NCBI GenBank assembly: GCA_041690135.1
Contig: JAWLHY010000009.1
Span: 64,001-128,000, forward strand
Length of the DNA: 64,000 nt
Direction of reading: 5' to 3'
Source of the DNA: Armatimonadota bacterium
GTDB lineage: Bacteria > Armatimonadota > SYMT01
The notes beneath the pieces are model-generated. The model made no database searches, was not told where the DNA came from, and saw only the letters and a list, made by a program, of their open reading frames with translations. This document shows, piece by piece, positions 18,762 through 27,672 of the stretch (positions are counted from its first letter, which is position 1; each line of letters starts with the position of its first letter). The translations under genes were made by a program, and so were the position numbers.

Positions 18762-19412
18762 CTACTTCCGGTCAAACGTAACGGTTAGAGCGTAAACGTC
18801 CGCGGCGCCCGCCATCCGCAGCACGGCCGCGCACTCCGAGAGCGTGGTGCCGGTCGTCCGCACGTCGTCAACGAGCACGAGACGTGCGCCGTGCACCTTG
18901 TGCCGCGGAGTAAGTTCGAACGCACCCCGCAGATTCTCCTCGCGCTCGGCCGCGGAAAGCCCGACCTGGTGCGGCGTGGCGCGGGTGCGACGCAGGGCCT
19001 TCCACACCGGTAGGTCGGCATGTCGACCCGTGGCGTGGGCAAGAAACTCGGACTGGTTGAAGCCCCGCTCGAGAAGACGCCTCCAGTGGATAGGAACGGG
19101 CACCAGCGCGTTTGGTTGCCATTCGGAAAGCAGCGCACGCAGTTCTTCTGAGAGCAACCGGGCCAGCGGTTCCACCAGGGCCACCTGCTGACCGAACTTC
19201 AGCCGCAGCACCGCCCGGCGCAGGCTTTCCTCATGGTAACCCACGCTCCTCACCGCCGTGATTCCCAGCGGTAGCACGCCCGCTTCTTCCACCGGCCGGA
19301 TCTCTGCCCTGCACGCCGCGCAGTACGTCTCCGCCAGCGCCCCACACGTCAGGCACTTCGGCGGAAAGAGCATATCAAGGGTGCCGTTACCGAGCTTGCG
19401 TAGGAGGTCCAT
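18762..19412 (-). CDS. comF: ComF family protein (zinc ribbon + phosphoribosyltransferase-like)
   Basis: FPPKCLTC..YCAAC, LVPVPIH..RLLERGFNQS, LVDDVRTTGTTL. Confidence 0.9.
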   Translation of the reverse strand: MDLLRKLGNGTLDMLFPPKCLTCGALAETYCAACRAEIRPVEEAGVLPLGITAVRSVGYHEESLRRAVLRLKFGQQVALVEPLARLLSEELRALLSEWQPNALVPVPIHWRRLLERGFNQSEFLAHATGRHADLPVWKALRRTRATPHQVGLSAAEREENLRGAFELTPRHKVHGARLVLVDDVRTTGTTLSECAAVLRMAGAADVYALTVTFDRK

Positions 19413-19730
19413 CGTCGGGATAGCTCACGCCAAGAAGGTCGGAGAAGGGCAGGAAATCTCTCGCAAAGGTTTACGCCCCGTGGGGGTGCGCAAAGCCGCC
19501 AAGAGGGGACCGAAGGGGAGAGAAAGCTTCTTTGCAACGAATTGCAGAACGCTAGTGCATAGGCGCTGGAGCTGAATTTCAAGTTCCGACATGCAACTGG
19601 AAATCGCGAGATGAGGCACGGTAAAAGCATGTCTTCGGGGCCCCGAATTCAATAGGCGCCGCTTTTCCAGGCGACTAGGGAACAGGGTAACCTCGCGTAC
19701 ACCGGGTCCTATTACCTTCCTTCCCTTCTT

Positions 19731-19758
19731 CTTTGCGGCTCTGCGGCTTTGCGCGAGA
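19731..19758. repeat. Short-period (8 bp) intergenic repeat
   Basis: CTTTGCGG CTCTGCGG CTTTGCGC GAGA next to the 3' end of the cyclodeaminase gene; a related tract lies at 20786-20820 (CTTTCGTG..CTTTCGCG ATTTCGCG). Confidence 0.55.
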
Positions 19759-19772
19759 TTCGGTCCCTCCCT

Positions 19773-20741
19773 TCAGGCAAGCGGCTTGCCGGCTCCGTCT
19801 TGCACCGCCCGCTCGTAGACCAGCGCGGCCAGGGCGATGTCTTCCAGGGCGATGCCGTGCGACTTGAACAGCGTGATCTGTTCGTTATCGGTGCGGCCGG
19901 GGTGCTTCCCGGCGGCGATCTGGCCTAACTCCACAAGCCCCTCGGGGTACAGGACTCCCTTCTGGAGTGGGGCGAGCAGATCGCCGCCTTCCAGGGGCAC
20001 GGCGGCCAGGCTGTCGACGGTGACCAGGGACGCGCGGGAAACGGTGACGTCGTCGATTTCTCGTTTCAGCAGTGAGTTCGATCCCGCGGCGTTCACGTGC
20101 GTTCCCGGAACCAGCAGGTTGCCGTCGAACACGGGGCGAGTGGAACTGGTGATGGTGGTGACGATGGTGGCCCCATCCAGCGCTGCTTCCGGGCTCTCCA
20201 CCGGAAGCACCCACAACCCCAGGCAGGCAGCCAGTTCTTCACAGAACAGCCGGCGCCGCTCCGGGTCGCGCCCGTAGACCCGCACCTCTTGCAGGTCACA
20301 AGACCGTCCCAGGGCTTCCACCTGCGTCCGCGCCTGGTAGCCGGTGCCGAACACCGCCGCTACCGAGGCATCCTTTCGGGCCAGGAGGCGCGTGGCGACC
20401 CCGGAGGCCGCGCCGGTGCGGAGTTGGCCCAGCCGGTCCGCCTCCAGCATCGCCAGCAGCGACCCGTCTTCCGCGCTGTAGAGGAGCACGTGGAAGCGCG
20501 CTTTGCCCTTGAACGTGGTGTAGCTCTTCAATCCCACCACGCCGGGATGACCGTCCCCGCCGCCCTGCGGGTCCGCCGCGAACATCACGTGCAGCATCCC
20601 ATTCGGCGCCCGCACGCGCCGCCGCGGCTCCGTGGTGGCCGCACCCTCGCCCAGGCGCCGGAACGCTGCCTCCACCACGCGCAGCGCATCCGTCATCCGC
20701 ACCAGCCGGTCCACTTCCTCTTCCGTAATATACAGCGGCAC
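19773..20741 (-). CDS. Ornithine cyclodeaminase/mu-crystallin family protein
   Basis: LGQLRTGAASGVAT, FGTGYQARTQ, PGTHVNAAGSN, ITLFKSHGIALEDIA. AGGAGG RBS upstream. Confidence 0.9.
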   Translation of the reverse strand: MPLYITEEEVDRLVRMTDALRVVEAAFRRLGEGAATTEPRRRVRAPNGMLHVMFAADPQGGGDGHPGVVGLKSYTTFKGKARFHVLLYSAEDGSLLAMLEADRLGQLRTGAASGVATRLLARKDASVAAVFGTGYQARTQVEALGRSCDLQEVRVYGRDPERRRLFCEELAACLGLWVLPVESPEAALDGATIVTTITSSTRPVFDGNLLVPGTHVNAAGSNSLLKREIDDVTVSRASLVTVDSLAAVPLEGGDLLAPLQKGVLYPEGLVELGQIAAGKHPGRTDNEQITLFKSHGIALEDIALAALVYERAVQDGAGKPLA

Positions 20742-20928
20742 CAAAGACCCTCCTGATTCTCGCGACACCCTGGCGGGTGCCTATTCTTTCGTGTCCTTCG
20801 CCCTTTCGCGATTTCGCGTTGGCCTCGCTTCACTCCTGCGAAGGGAAGGGCTGGATGGTAGAAAACAAACCTCGTCCGTGCCATACTCATGGCCAGATGG
20901 CAGGGAGACAAGGTAGAGAGGCAAGCCC

Positions 20929-21831
20929 ATGTTGAACACCCGGATTCTCGCGGAGCGCGGCTACCACAAGCCCCCGAAATGGCTGCCCGAAGTGATCCAG
21001 TACGAAACCCAGATGGGCTCCGTCGCCTACGGGGTCTCCAGCGACAGCAGCGACGTCGACCTGTACGGTTTCGCCATTCCGCCCAAGGACCTGATTTTTC
21101 CGCACCTGGCGGGCGAAATTCCCGGGTTCGGGCGACAGGTCAAGCGGTTCGAGCAGTACCAGCAGCATCATATCCAGTCGCCGGACGAGCTGGGCGGCAA
21201 GGGGCGCGTCTACGACGTCACGATCTTCTCCATCGTCAAGTTCTTCCAACTGGCCATGGAAAACAACCCGAACATGGTGGATGCCATGTTCACCCCGCAG
21301 ACCTGCGTCCTCACCTGCACGAAGGTCGGCACCATGGTCCGCGAGAACCGGCGAATGTTCCTGCACAAGGGGAGCTGGCACAAGTTCAAGGGCTATGCCT
21401 ACGGCCAGAAGAACAAGATGTTCACCAAGACCCCGACCGAAGGCTCCAACCGCCGCGACGACTACGAAAAGTACGGCTTCGACCTGAAAGCCGGGTACCA
21501 CTGCGTGCGGCTGATGCTGCAGGTGGAGCAGATCCTGGTGGAAGGGGATCTCGACCTGATGCGGCACAGGGAGCAGCTTAAAGCGATCCGCGCCGGCGAC
21601 TGGACCGCGGAGCAGATCGCCCAGTTCTTTCAGGAGAAGGAGAAGTCCCTCGAAGCGCTCTACGTGAACAGTCCCCTCCGCCACAGCCCGGACGAGGCGC
21701 AGATCAAGGAACTGTTGCTCCAGTGCCTGGAGGAGCACTACGGCTCCCTGCGCGGCATGGTGGAAACCCCCGACCGTGCCGTCGAGACTCTCCGCCGGAT
21801 CAAGGAACTCTGCGAGGAAGCTGGAGTCTGA
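20929..21831 (+). CDS. Pol-beta superfamily nucleotidyltransferase (RlaP/YcgL-like, Nuc-transf)
   Basis: GSVAYGVSSDSSDVDLYG (GS..DxD), KFFQLAMENNPN, YGFDLKAGYHCVRL, LKAIRAG. Confidence 0.85.
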   Translation: MLNTRILAERGYHKPPKWLPEVIQYETQMGSVAYGVSSDSSDVDLYGFAIPPKDLIFPHLAGEIPGFGRQVKRFEQYQQHHIQSPDELGGKGRVYDVTIFSIVKFFQLAMENNPNMVDAMFTPQTCVLTCTKVGTMVRENRRMFLHKGSWHKFKGYAYGQKNKMFTKTPTEGSNRRDDYEKYGFDLKAGYHCVRLMLQVEQILVEGDLDLMRHREQLKAIRAGDWTAEQIAQFFQEKEKSLEALYVNSPLRHSPDEAQIKELLLQCLEEHYGSLRGMVETPDRAVETLRRIKELCEEAGV

Positions 21832-22277
21832 ATGGTGCATCCGGTAAGTGGCGATCAGATTCGCACGTTACCGGAACAAGCCTGGTGGAGTGGGTCGGGT
21901 CCAGACCGACGAGCCTCAGAAGGCGGCACCCGTAGGGAACGTCTCGCCGCAGCGTTCCGCCGTCCTGGGGCTGATCCCGTCCTGACTACTCGTAACTGTC
22001 CTGGTTTAGGATTGGACCGGTTTGGCGCAACGGGATCAAACTCGGTGCCTGCGGAATGGAACGGCGTCACATTCCCTACCGCCCCCGTCTCGCAGGGCAC
22101 GTCGTTGGACCGAAACACTTTCACGGTGGCAGCGATATCGCACACGAAAATCCGCACTCCACTTGCACTCACCCCTTAGCTCGTCGGTCGAGAGTAAGAC
22201 CGTTCTGCCAGGAGGGGACGCAATATCGTCTGCGGAACGTAACGCGGGGTACGTAGTGTGTCCGCGGGAGGCAGACA

Positions 22278-24080
22278 ATGCGTTTTCACCGTGGGGGTGG
22301 AAGGTGGCTTGCCGGTCCGGTACTGGCATTGCTGGTTGTTGTGCAACCACACGTGGAGGCACAGTCCGGTAAGAACGCGGCGGCACGCGCTCGGACCGTC
22401 GCTGCCGCGCTGGCGAAGTTGCAGGTGGCCGAGGGGCTTCGCGAGGCGGAGCAGGCTGTTGCGGCCCATCCGGAAAGCGGTCTCCTCCAGTTGCGCCTGG
22501 CCCAGGCGCAAGTTTGCGCGGCCCTGGACGCCGATGAACGACTGGGGCAGGTCGTGGACAACCTGGGCCTCCACCAGGGTCTCCAGCGCGGCCTCTCCAT
22601 GCTGCGGCAGGGCGGGCAGGGACCCCTCGACGGAAAGCCGGATGCAGTGGAAGCGGCACGGAAGGCCATCGAGGCAAATGCGCGCGAGATCCTGACGGAA
22701 GTGACCCTGAACGCCGTGGACCGGTTTCAGACGCAGGTTCGCCGGCAGGTTGCGGAGAGTGGTCCCCTGGTGGAGCGCCGGAACGGTCTGCTGGCGGATG
22801 CACTGGAGACTCTGAAAAGTGCTCGGAGACTGGGTGAGGACTCGACAGAACTCGCGCTCACCGATCTCTGGGTCCGGGTGGTCTGGCTGCTCTGGCGTGC
22901 GGAGCGGCCGGTTGTCACTGCGCATCTGGAGAAACTGGCCGCCGAGCGTCCCGTGGAAGGGCTGAATGCCTTTGCCGCCGGGCTTTCCCTGGCGAGCCTG
23001 GAAGGCGCACTGGGCGGAAAGTCGCAAAACTCCGCGGAAGTGGTGTTGAAGGCGGCTCTCCATCTCGCGGACCACCGGAAGGATGACCCGGCCGCGCTGG
23101 CCGGCGCCGCGGATATCCTTTCGGTCGTGGCCGGCATTCGGGGCGACCGGGATCCCCTCCAGCAGTACATCCTGTCCCGGCTTAACGGGCGCTACCTCGA
23201 CCGGCAGACGCAGTTGCGGGTCGGCCAGGAGAACGGGGCGGAGGCGGCGCGGCGGCTGTATGAGCAGGCAACCGGCGAGGGCGACGTGGAGGGCACGAAG
23301 GCGCCCACGGTGGCTGCCTTCCGGCTGTACGAACGAGCCCTCAAATCGGACCGCGACGGGAAGCTGCCGTATCTCCGGGTTCGCCTCTTCCTGCTCCGCG
23401 CGGCGTTCGACCCGAACCGCGCGGAAGAATTGCTCCAAGGGCTGGCCCGACGGGAGCCGCGTAACGCGGAAGTTCCCCTGGAACGCGCCCGGGTCGCCCT
23501 GCGGCTGGAGAACAACCTCCCGCAGGCCGTAGCCTACTGCCGGGAAGCGGGACGTCTGGCCGACTTTCGGCGCTCTTACCTGGTGAGTGTGCCCGAATCG
23601 CTGCGCCCGGCGCTCAAATTCCATCGCGGCGTCCGGGACCTGGTGAAGCGGGGTTGGCCGGATTACTCCGGCCTGTTCACCTCACTGCGAGAGGTGCAAA
23701 CGGCAGCGCCGAATCCCGAGGCGCGCCTCGAACTCCGAATGCTGCGCCTGCATCTCGCCGAACGGTTGTGCGGCGCCGACGACTACCCGGACCAGGCCTT
23801 CGGCATCCATGAAAAGGCGGGAGTGCTGGATGAGCTCGGCAACGGGCGAGAGCCGCTCTCGCCGGAGCAGCGGCTCCGGGTGGAAGTCCTGAAGCGGGAG
23901 CACGAGCGGGCGTACGCCACATTTCCGCGCCAGCATACCCGAATCGAACTCAGTGGCGAAGGCGTCGAGTACCGGAGCGTGCCGGCCCTGACGACCTCGA
24001 GCGGTCGGAAGAGCGGCGCGCGGATGTCTATTTCCGCGAACGGAATGCTGTCCATGGGGCTCAAGTTTTCCGGCCAGTAA
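22278..24080 (+). CDS. Hypothetical secreted alpha-helical (TPR-like) protein
   Basis: Signal-peptide-like N-terminus, 600 aa, GC3-biased; TPR-like segments (AVAAHPESGLLQLRLA, LARREPRNAEVPLERA). Confidence 0.6.
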   Translation: MRFHRGGGRWLAGPVLALLVVVQPHVEAQSGKNAAARARTVAAALAKLQVAEGLREAEQAVAAHPESGLLQLRLAQAQVCAALDADERLGQVVDNLGLHQGLQRGLSMLRQGGQGPLDGKPDAVEAARKAIEANAREILTEVTLNAVDRFQTQVRRQVAESGPLVERRNGLLADALETLKSARRLGEDSTELALTDLWVRVVWLLWRAERPVVTAHLEKLAAERPVEGLNAFAAGLSLASLEGALGGKSQNSAEVVLKAALHLADHRKDDPAALAGAADILSVVAGIRGDRDPLQQYILSRLNGRYLDRQTQLRVGQENGAEAARRLYEQATGEGDVEGTKAPTVAAFRLYERALKSDRDGKLPYLRVRLFLLRAAFDPNRAEELLQGLARREPRNAEVPLERARVALRLENNLPQAVAYCREAGRLADFRRSYLVSVPESLRPALKFHRGVRDLVKRGWPDYSGLFTSLREVQTAAPNPEARLELRMLRLHLAERLCGADDYPDQAFGIHEKAGVLDELGNGREPLSPEQRLRVEVLKREHERAYATFPRQHTRIELSGEGVEYRSVPALTTSSGRKSGARMSISANGMLSMGLKFSGQ

Positions 24081-24311
24081 GGTAGGCGCGAGCCCGTCGA
24101 TCGAGCGGGATTCGGACGACGCAGTCCGACCTGGACATCGATGGGCCGTTCATGGACCTCGAGAAACCTGGCGCCTTCAGTTTCGTTCCCCCGCGGATCA
24201 AACGACGGTCCCAATAGCGGCCATGGCTCTCCCAACCCAACCATTGGTCGAGAAGGGGAAGCGTTCGGCTTCCCGAACGGAGTAACTGAAAGTGAAATTG
24301 GGAGAGTGAAG

Positions 24312-27300
24312 ATGTGCCGACCTCCGTTCTGGGCTGTATTCCTGATCCTGCTGGGCTCCGTATTGACACACGCCACGGCCGCGCCCCGGCCCCAGGGGCA
24401 GCGGGTCATTACGGTGCAGAACGCCCAGGACGACTTCCAGCGGCCCCCCAGCGGCTCGCTGCGGGACGTCATCGAGCGGCGCGCCCTGGCGGGAGACGTC
24501 ATCCGCTTTGCCGGTCCGTTCGTGGTGCAGCTCAAGGACACACTGATCATTCCGGAGCGGCTGGCCGGGATCCGGATCGAGGGGCCCGCCGGTCTAGCGG
24601 GGCCCAACCGCCGCGGGACCGTCCTGGAGGTCCGGGCGCCGAACGTCACCCTCACCGAGCTCACTTTCCAGCGGGTTCTGCTGGTGGTGGGCACGCGCCA
24701 GGCGGGTGCGGACGGGGTTCGCATCCAGAACAACCGCTTTCAGGACGACAGCCCCCTCGATTTGCAGGGGAACGGCATTCGGGTGGAAGGGAATGAGATC
24801 TCCAACATCCGCCGCCGCGCCACGCCCGCCATCCGTCTGGATCAGACTCGCGATGCCGTCGTGCGAGGAAACACAGTTTCCGGCCAGGTGGCCACTGCTC
24901 TCAGCGATCTCAACGGCGTCAACGTTACCGTCGAAAACAACACCTTTAACGGGGCCATTACGGGCGACTTTCGGACCGGGCTGATCCGGAAGAACCAGCT
25001 TGCCGAACACCCCCTCACCCTTTTCAAGCTGGATGTGGACGGCGGCATTCCCCACGGTCGTGTGTTCGTGGACCAGAACACCGTGCAGCGGATTACCGCG
25101 CAGCGGGGGAACGCGGAGATTACGGGTAATATGGTCAGTTTGCCTGCGGGCGGGCGAGGGACCGCGGGCATCCGGCTCATCACCGAACAGCGACCCCTGG
25201 GGGCGGGGCCGTGCCTCATCTCTGGGAACACGGTGCAGGGCGGTTTCACCGGGATCAGCGTGGCCCAGCAGCCGGGTGCGGACCCGGTGGTCGTCCGCGA
25301 GAACCGGGTCGAGAACTCCAGCGTCACAGGGCTCTCCGTGACCGGCGCCGCGGTCCAGGTGGTGGACAATACCGTCGAGAATGCCGGCGGCGGGGCCCGG
25401 ACCGGCAGCGGGATCAAGATCAGCGCGTCGGGCAGTGAATTGCACGTCCAGGCGAATACCGTCCGGAACTCCCGGCGGGGCATCCTGGTGCAAGTGAGAA
25501 CGGCCAAGCACCGGGTGGCCTTGCAGGGGAACGAGATCACGGATAGCCCTCTGCGCGGGATCGAGATCCAGAAGGGGGCCGGGAAGGTCAACCTGGAGGC
25601 GAACGCCGTCCGCGGTTGCTACTTCGGGATCAGCTTTTTCGGGGGGCGTGGCGAGGTGGTCGGCGGCGAGGTGACCGGAAGCCAGGGCGCGGGGATCTTC
25701 GTCGGTCCCGGGTGCCGGGTCCGGATCTCCCGCGTGGTGCTGGGCGGCAACGGCGGCGCGGGGATCGACCTGGCGCCGGATGGCGTGACGCCCAACGAGC
25801 GGCGCAAGGCCGGCAACGACGACCTGGACTGGCCCGAGGACCTGGAGTTTGATGGGAGCCTCGGGCAGCTCACGGGCCGAACGATCCCCGGAGGCCTGGT
25901 GGAGGTGTACGGCGTGGAGACCGGCGACCGGACCGGCAACCCGGCCAACGGGGAGGGCGTGCAGTACCTCGGGTCCGTGACTGCCGACGCGCAGGGCCGC
26001 TTCGCGTGGCCGGAAGCGGGCGGTGCCCCATGCCCGCCCTCGGAGAAGTTCACGCTCACGGTGACCCGTCCCGGCGGCGATCCCGTCACTTCCGAGTTCT
26101 CGCCAGACGTGGAGTGCGAGCGGACCGGGACCACGGAACGGGTCAGCGTCAGCTCCGGCGGCTCCCAGACGGTGACCGGTTCCAGCAGCCTGGGCCTGGT
26201 GGGCGCGCCGCACCGGATGGTGACCCCGGACGGCCGGTTCGTCGTCTTTGCCTCCGACTCGCCCGATCTGGTGCCGGGAGATACCAACGAGGCCGCCGAC
26301 ATCTTCGTGCGGGACCGCCTCAACGGCACGACGGAGCGAGTCAGCGTTTCCAGTTCGGGAGAGGAGGCGCGACTCGTGGGGGAGGTGGGCAACCTGGGCT
26401 CGTACGAGGCCGCCATCAGCGCGGACGGGCGGTGGGTCGTATTCGCCTCCACGGCGAACAACCTGGTCGCGGGCGACATCAACCGCAGCGGCGACGTTTT
26501 CCTGCGGGACCGGGAAAACGGGGTCACCATCGCCGTAACGGACCCCACGGAGCAGGTGCCGCCGCTTCCCAACGGCTCCGACAATCACCTGGGCGGATAC
26601 TACTGCACCCTCAGCGGCGATGGGCGCTTCGTGGCGTTCGTTTCGCAAGACCCGTACTGGGTTCCCAACGACACCAACAACGCGGACGACGTCTTCGTCT
26701 ACAGCGTGGAGACCGGCGCCATCGAGCGGGTCTCCATCGCCACGGGCGGCGGCCAGGGCTCCGGTGGGGTGGCGGGCGGCGGTTTCTGGCCCCGGTTGAG
26801 CCACGATGGCCGGTTCGTAGTGTTCGGCTCCGCGCTTGGCGATCTCACGCCGGATGTCCTTACCCGTCGCGGTCAGGTCTACCTGCGGGACCGCCTGAAC
26901 GGTACGACCGAGCTGATCAGCAAGTCCGACGCGGGCACGGCGGCCAACCGGCTCGCCACTGTGGCCACGCTCAGCGATGATGGCCGCTACGTCGCCTTCT
27001 CCAGCGAGGCCGGCAATCTGGTCCCGGGAGATACCGACAGCGTTTCGGACATCTTCGTGCGGGATCGGATGCTGGGGACCACCAGCCTCGTCTCCGTCGC
27101 CTCGGACGGTGGAAACTTCGCCGGGGGATGCTTCAGCCCCAGCCTCAGCGCCGATGGACTTTCCGTCGCGTTCCTGGGTCCGGGTGGCCACGTTTTCCCA
27201 GATGGGCCGACCATCCTCTTTCCGGATCTCTACCTCCGGGACCGGGTGACCGGCCGGACGGAGGAGATCTCCGTCGGCGCGTTCGGAGATGCGGACAATT

Positions 27301-27500
27301 CCTCCGGTTTCCCCTGCCTGACGGGGGACGGTCGCTACGTGGTATTCCAGTCGCTGGCCACTAACCTCGTGGAAGGCGACACCAACGGCGCCGCCGATGT
27401 CTTCTTCCGCGATCGCGGCGCAGCCGGCATCGACCGCAGCCAGCCTTCTCGCTTCAGGTCCAGGCGCTTCCGGCTACGATCGTCATCGGCATTCCCGTAG
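24312..27500 (+). CDS. Secreted right-handed beta-helix + TolB/PD40-like beta-propeller protein
   Basis: Signal peptide, GSLRDVI, many xxxxxGNxI/V beta-helix turns, GIDL..DGVTPN..TSEFS module, then repeats such as SADGRWVVFASTANNLVAGDIN...DVFLRDR. Confidence 0.82.
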   Translation: MCRPPFWAVFLILLGSVLTHATAAPRPQGQRVITVQNAQDDFQRPPSGSLRDVIERRALAGDVIRFAGPFVVQLKDTLIIPERLAGIRIEGPAGLAGPNRRGTVLEVRAPNVTLTELTFQRVLLVVGTRQAGADGVRIQNNRFQDDSPLDLQGNGIRVEGNEISNIRRRATPAIRLDQTRDAVVRGNTVSGQVATALSDLNGVNVTVENNTFNGAITGDFRTGLIRKNQLAEHPLTLFKLDVDGGIPHGRVFVDQNTVQRITAQRGNAEITGNMVSLPAGGRGTAGIRLITEQRPLGAGPCLISGNTVQGGFTGISVAQQPGADPVVVRENRVENSSVTGLSVTGAAVQVVDNTVENAGGGARTGSGIKISASGSELHVQANTVRNSRRGILVQVRTAKHRVALQGNEITDSPLRGIEIQKGAGKVNLEANAVRGCYFGISFFGGRGEVVGGEVTGSQGAGIFVGPGCRVRISRVVLGGNGGAGIDLAPDGVTPNERRKAGNDDLDWPEDLEFDGSLGQLTGRTIPGGLVEVYGVETGDRTGNPANGEGVQYLGSVTADAQGRFAWPEAGGAPCPPSEKFTLTVTRPGGDPVTSEFSPDVECERTGTTERVSVSSGGSQTVTGSSSLGLVGAPHRMVTPDGRFVVFASDSPDLVPGDTNEAADIFVRDRLNGTTERVSVSSSGEEARLVGEVGNLGSYEAAISADGRWVVFASTANNLVAGDINRSGDVFLRDRENGVTIAVTDPTEQVPPLPNGSDNHLGGYYCTLSGDGRFVAFVSQDPYWVPNDTNNADDVFVYSVETGAIERVSIATGGGQGSGGVAGGGFWPRLSHDGRFVVFGSALGDLTPDVLTRRGQVYLRDRLNGTTELISKSDAGTAANRLATVATLSDDGRYVAFSSEAGNLVPGDTDSVSDIFVRDRMLGTTSLVSVASDGGNFAGGCFSPSLSADGLSVAFLGPGGHVFPDGPTILFPDLYLRDRVTGRTEEISVGAFGDADNSSGFPCLTGDGRYVVFQSLATNLVEGDTNGAADVFFRDRGAAGIDRSQPSRFRSRRFRLRSSSAFP

Positions 27501-27672
27501 ACACCGCGCGACCGTTTGAGGAGGAGAATCCAGGGGAATGCCGGAAGTTGTCCGCGCGCGATTTTCCTTCGTGGGTCCGTTCTGCGCGCCCGACTCCGGA
27601 AGGTTTGAGAATGGTGGAGTTGCTCCGGGAAGAAGATCATTGCTGTAGACGGGTCTCCGGGGATGGGCGCCG

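Noticed and set aside
19614-19629. Sigma54-like GG-N10-GC site (AGGCACGGTAAAAGC)
   Set aside because: Poor -12 element, and it points at the 3' end of a convergent gene with no ORF to drive.
21832-22277. Short ORFs in the AT-richer gap after the nucleotidyltransferase
   Set aside because: No RBS, codon bias or recognisable motif in any frame.
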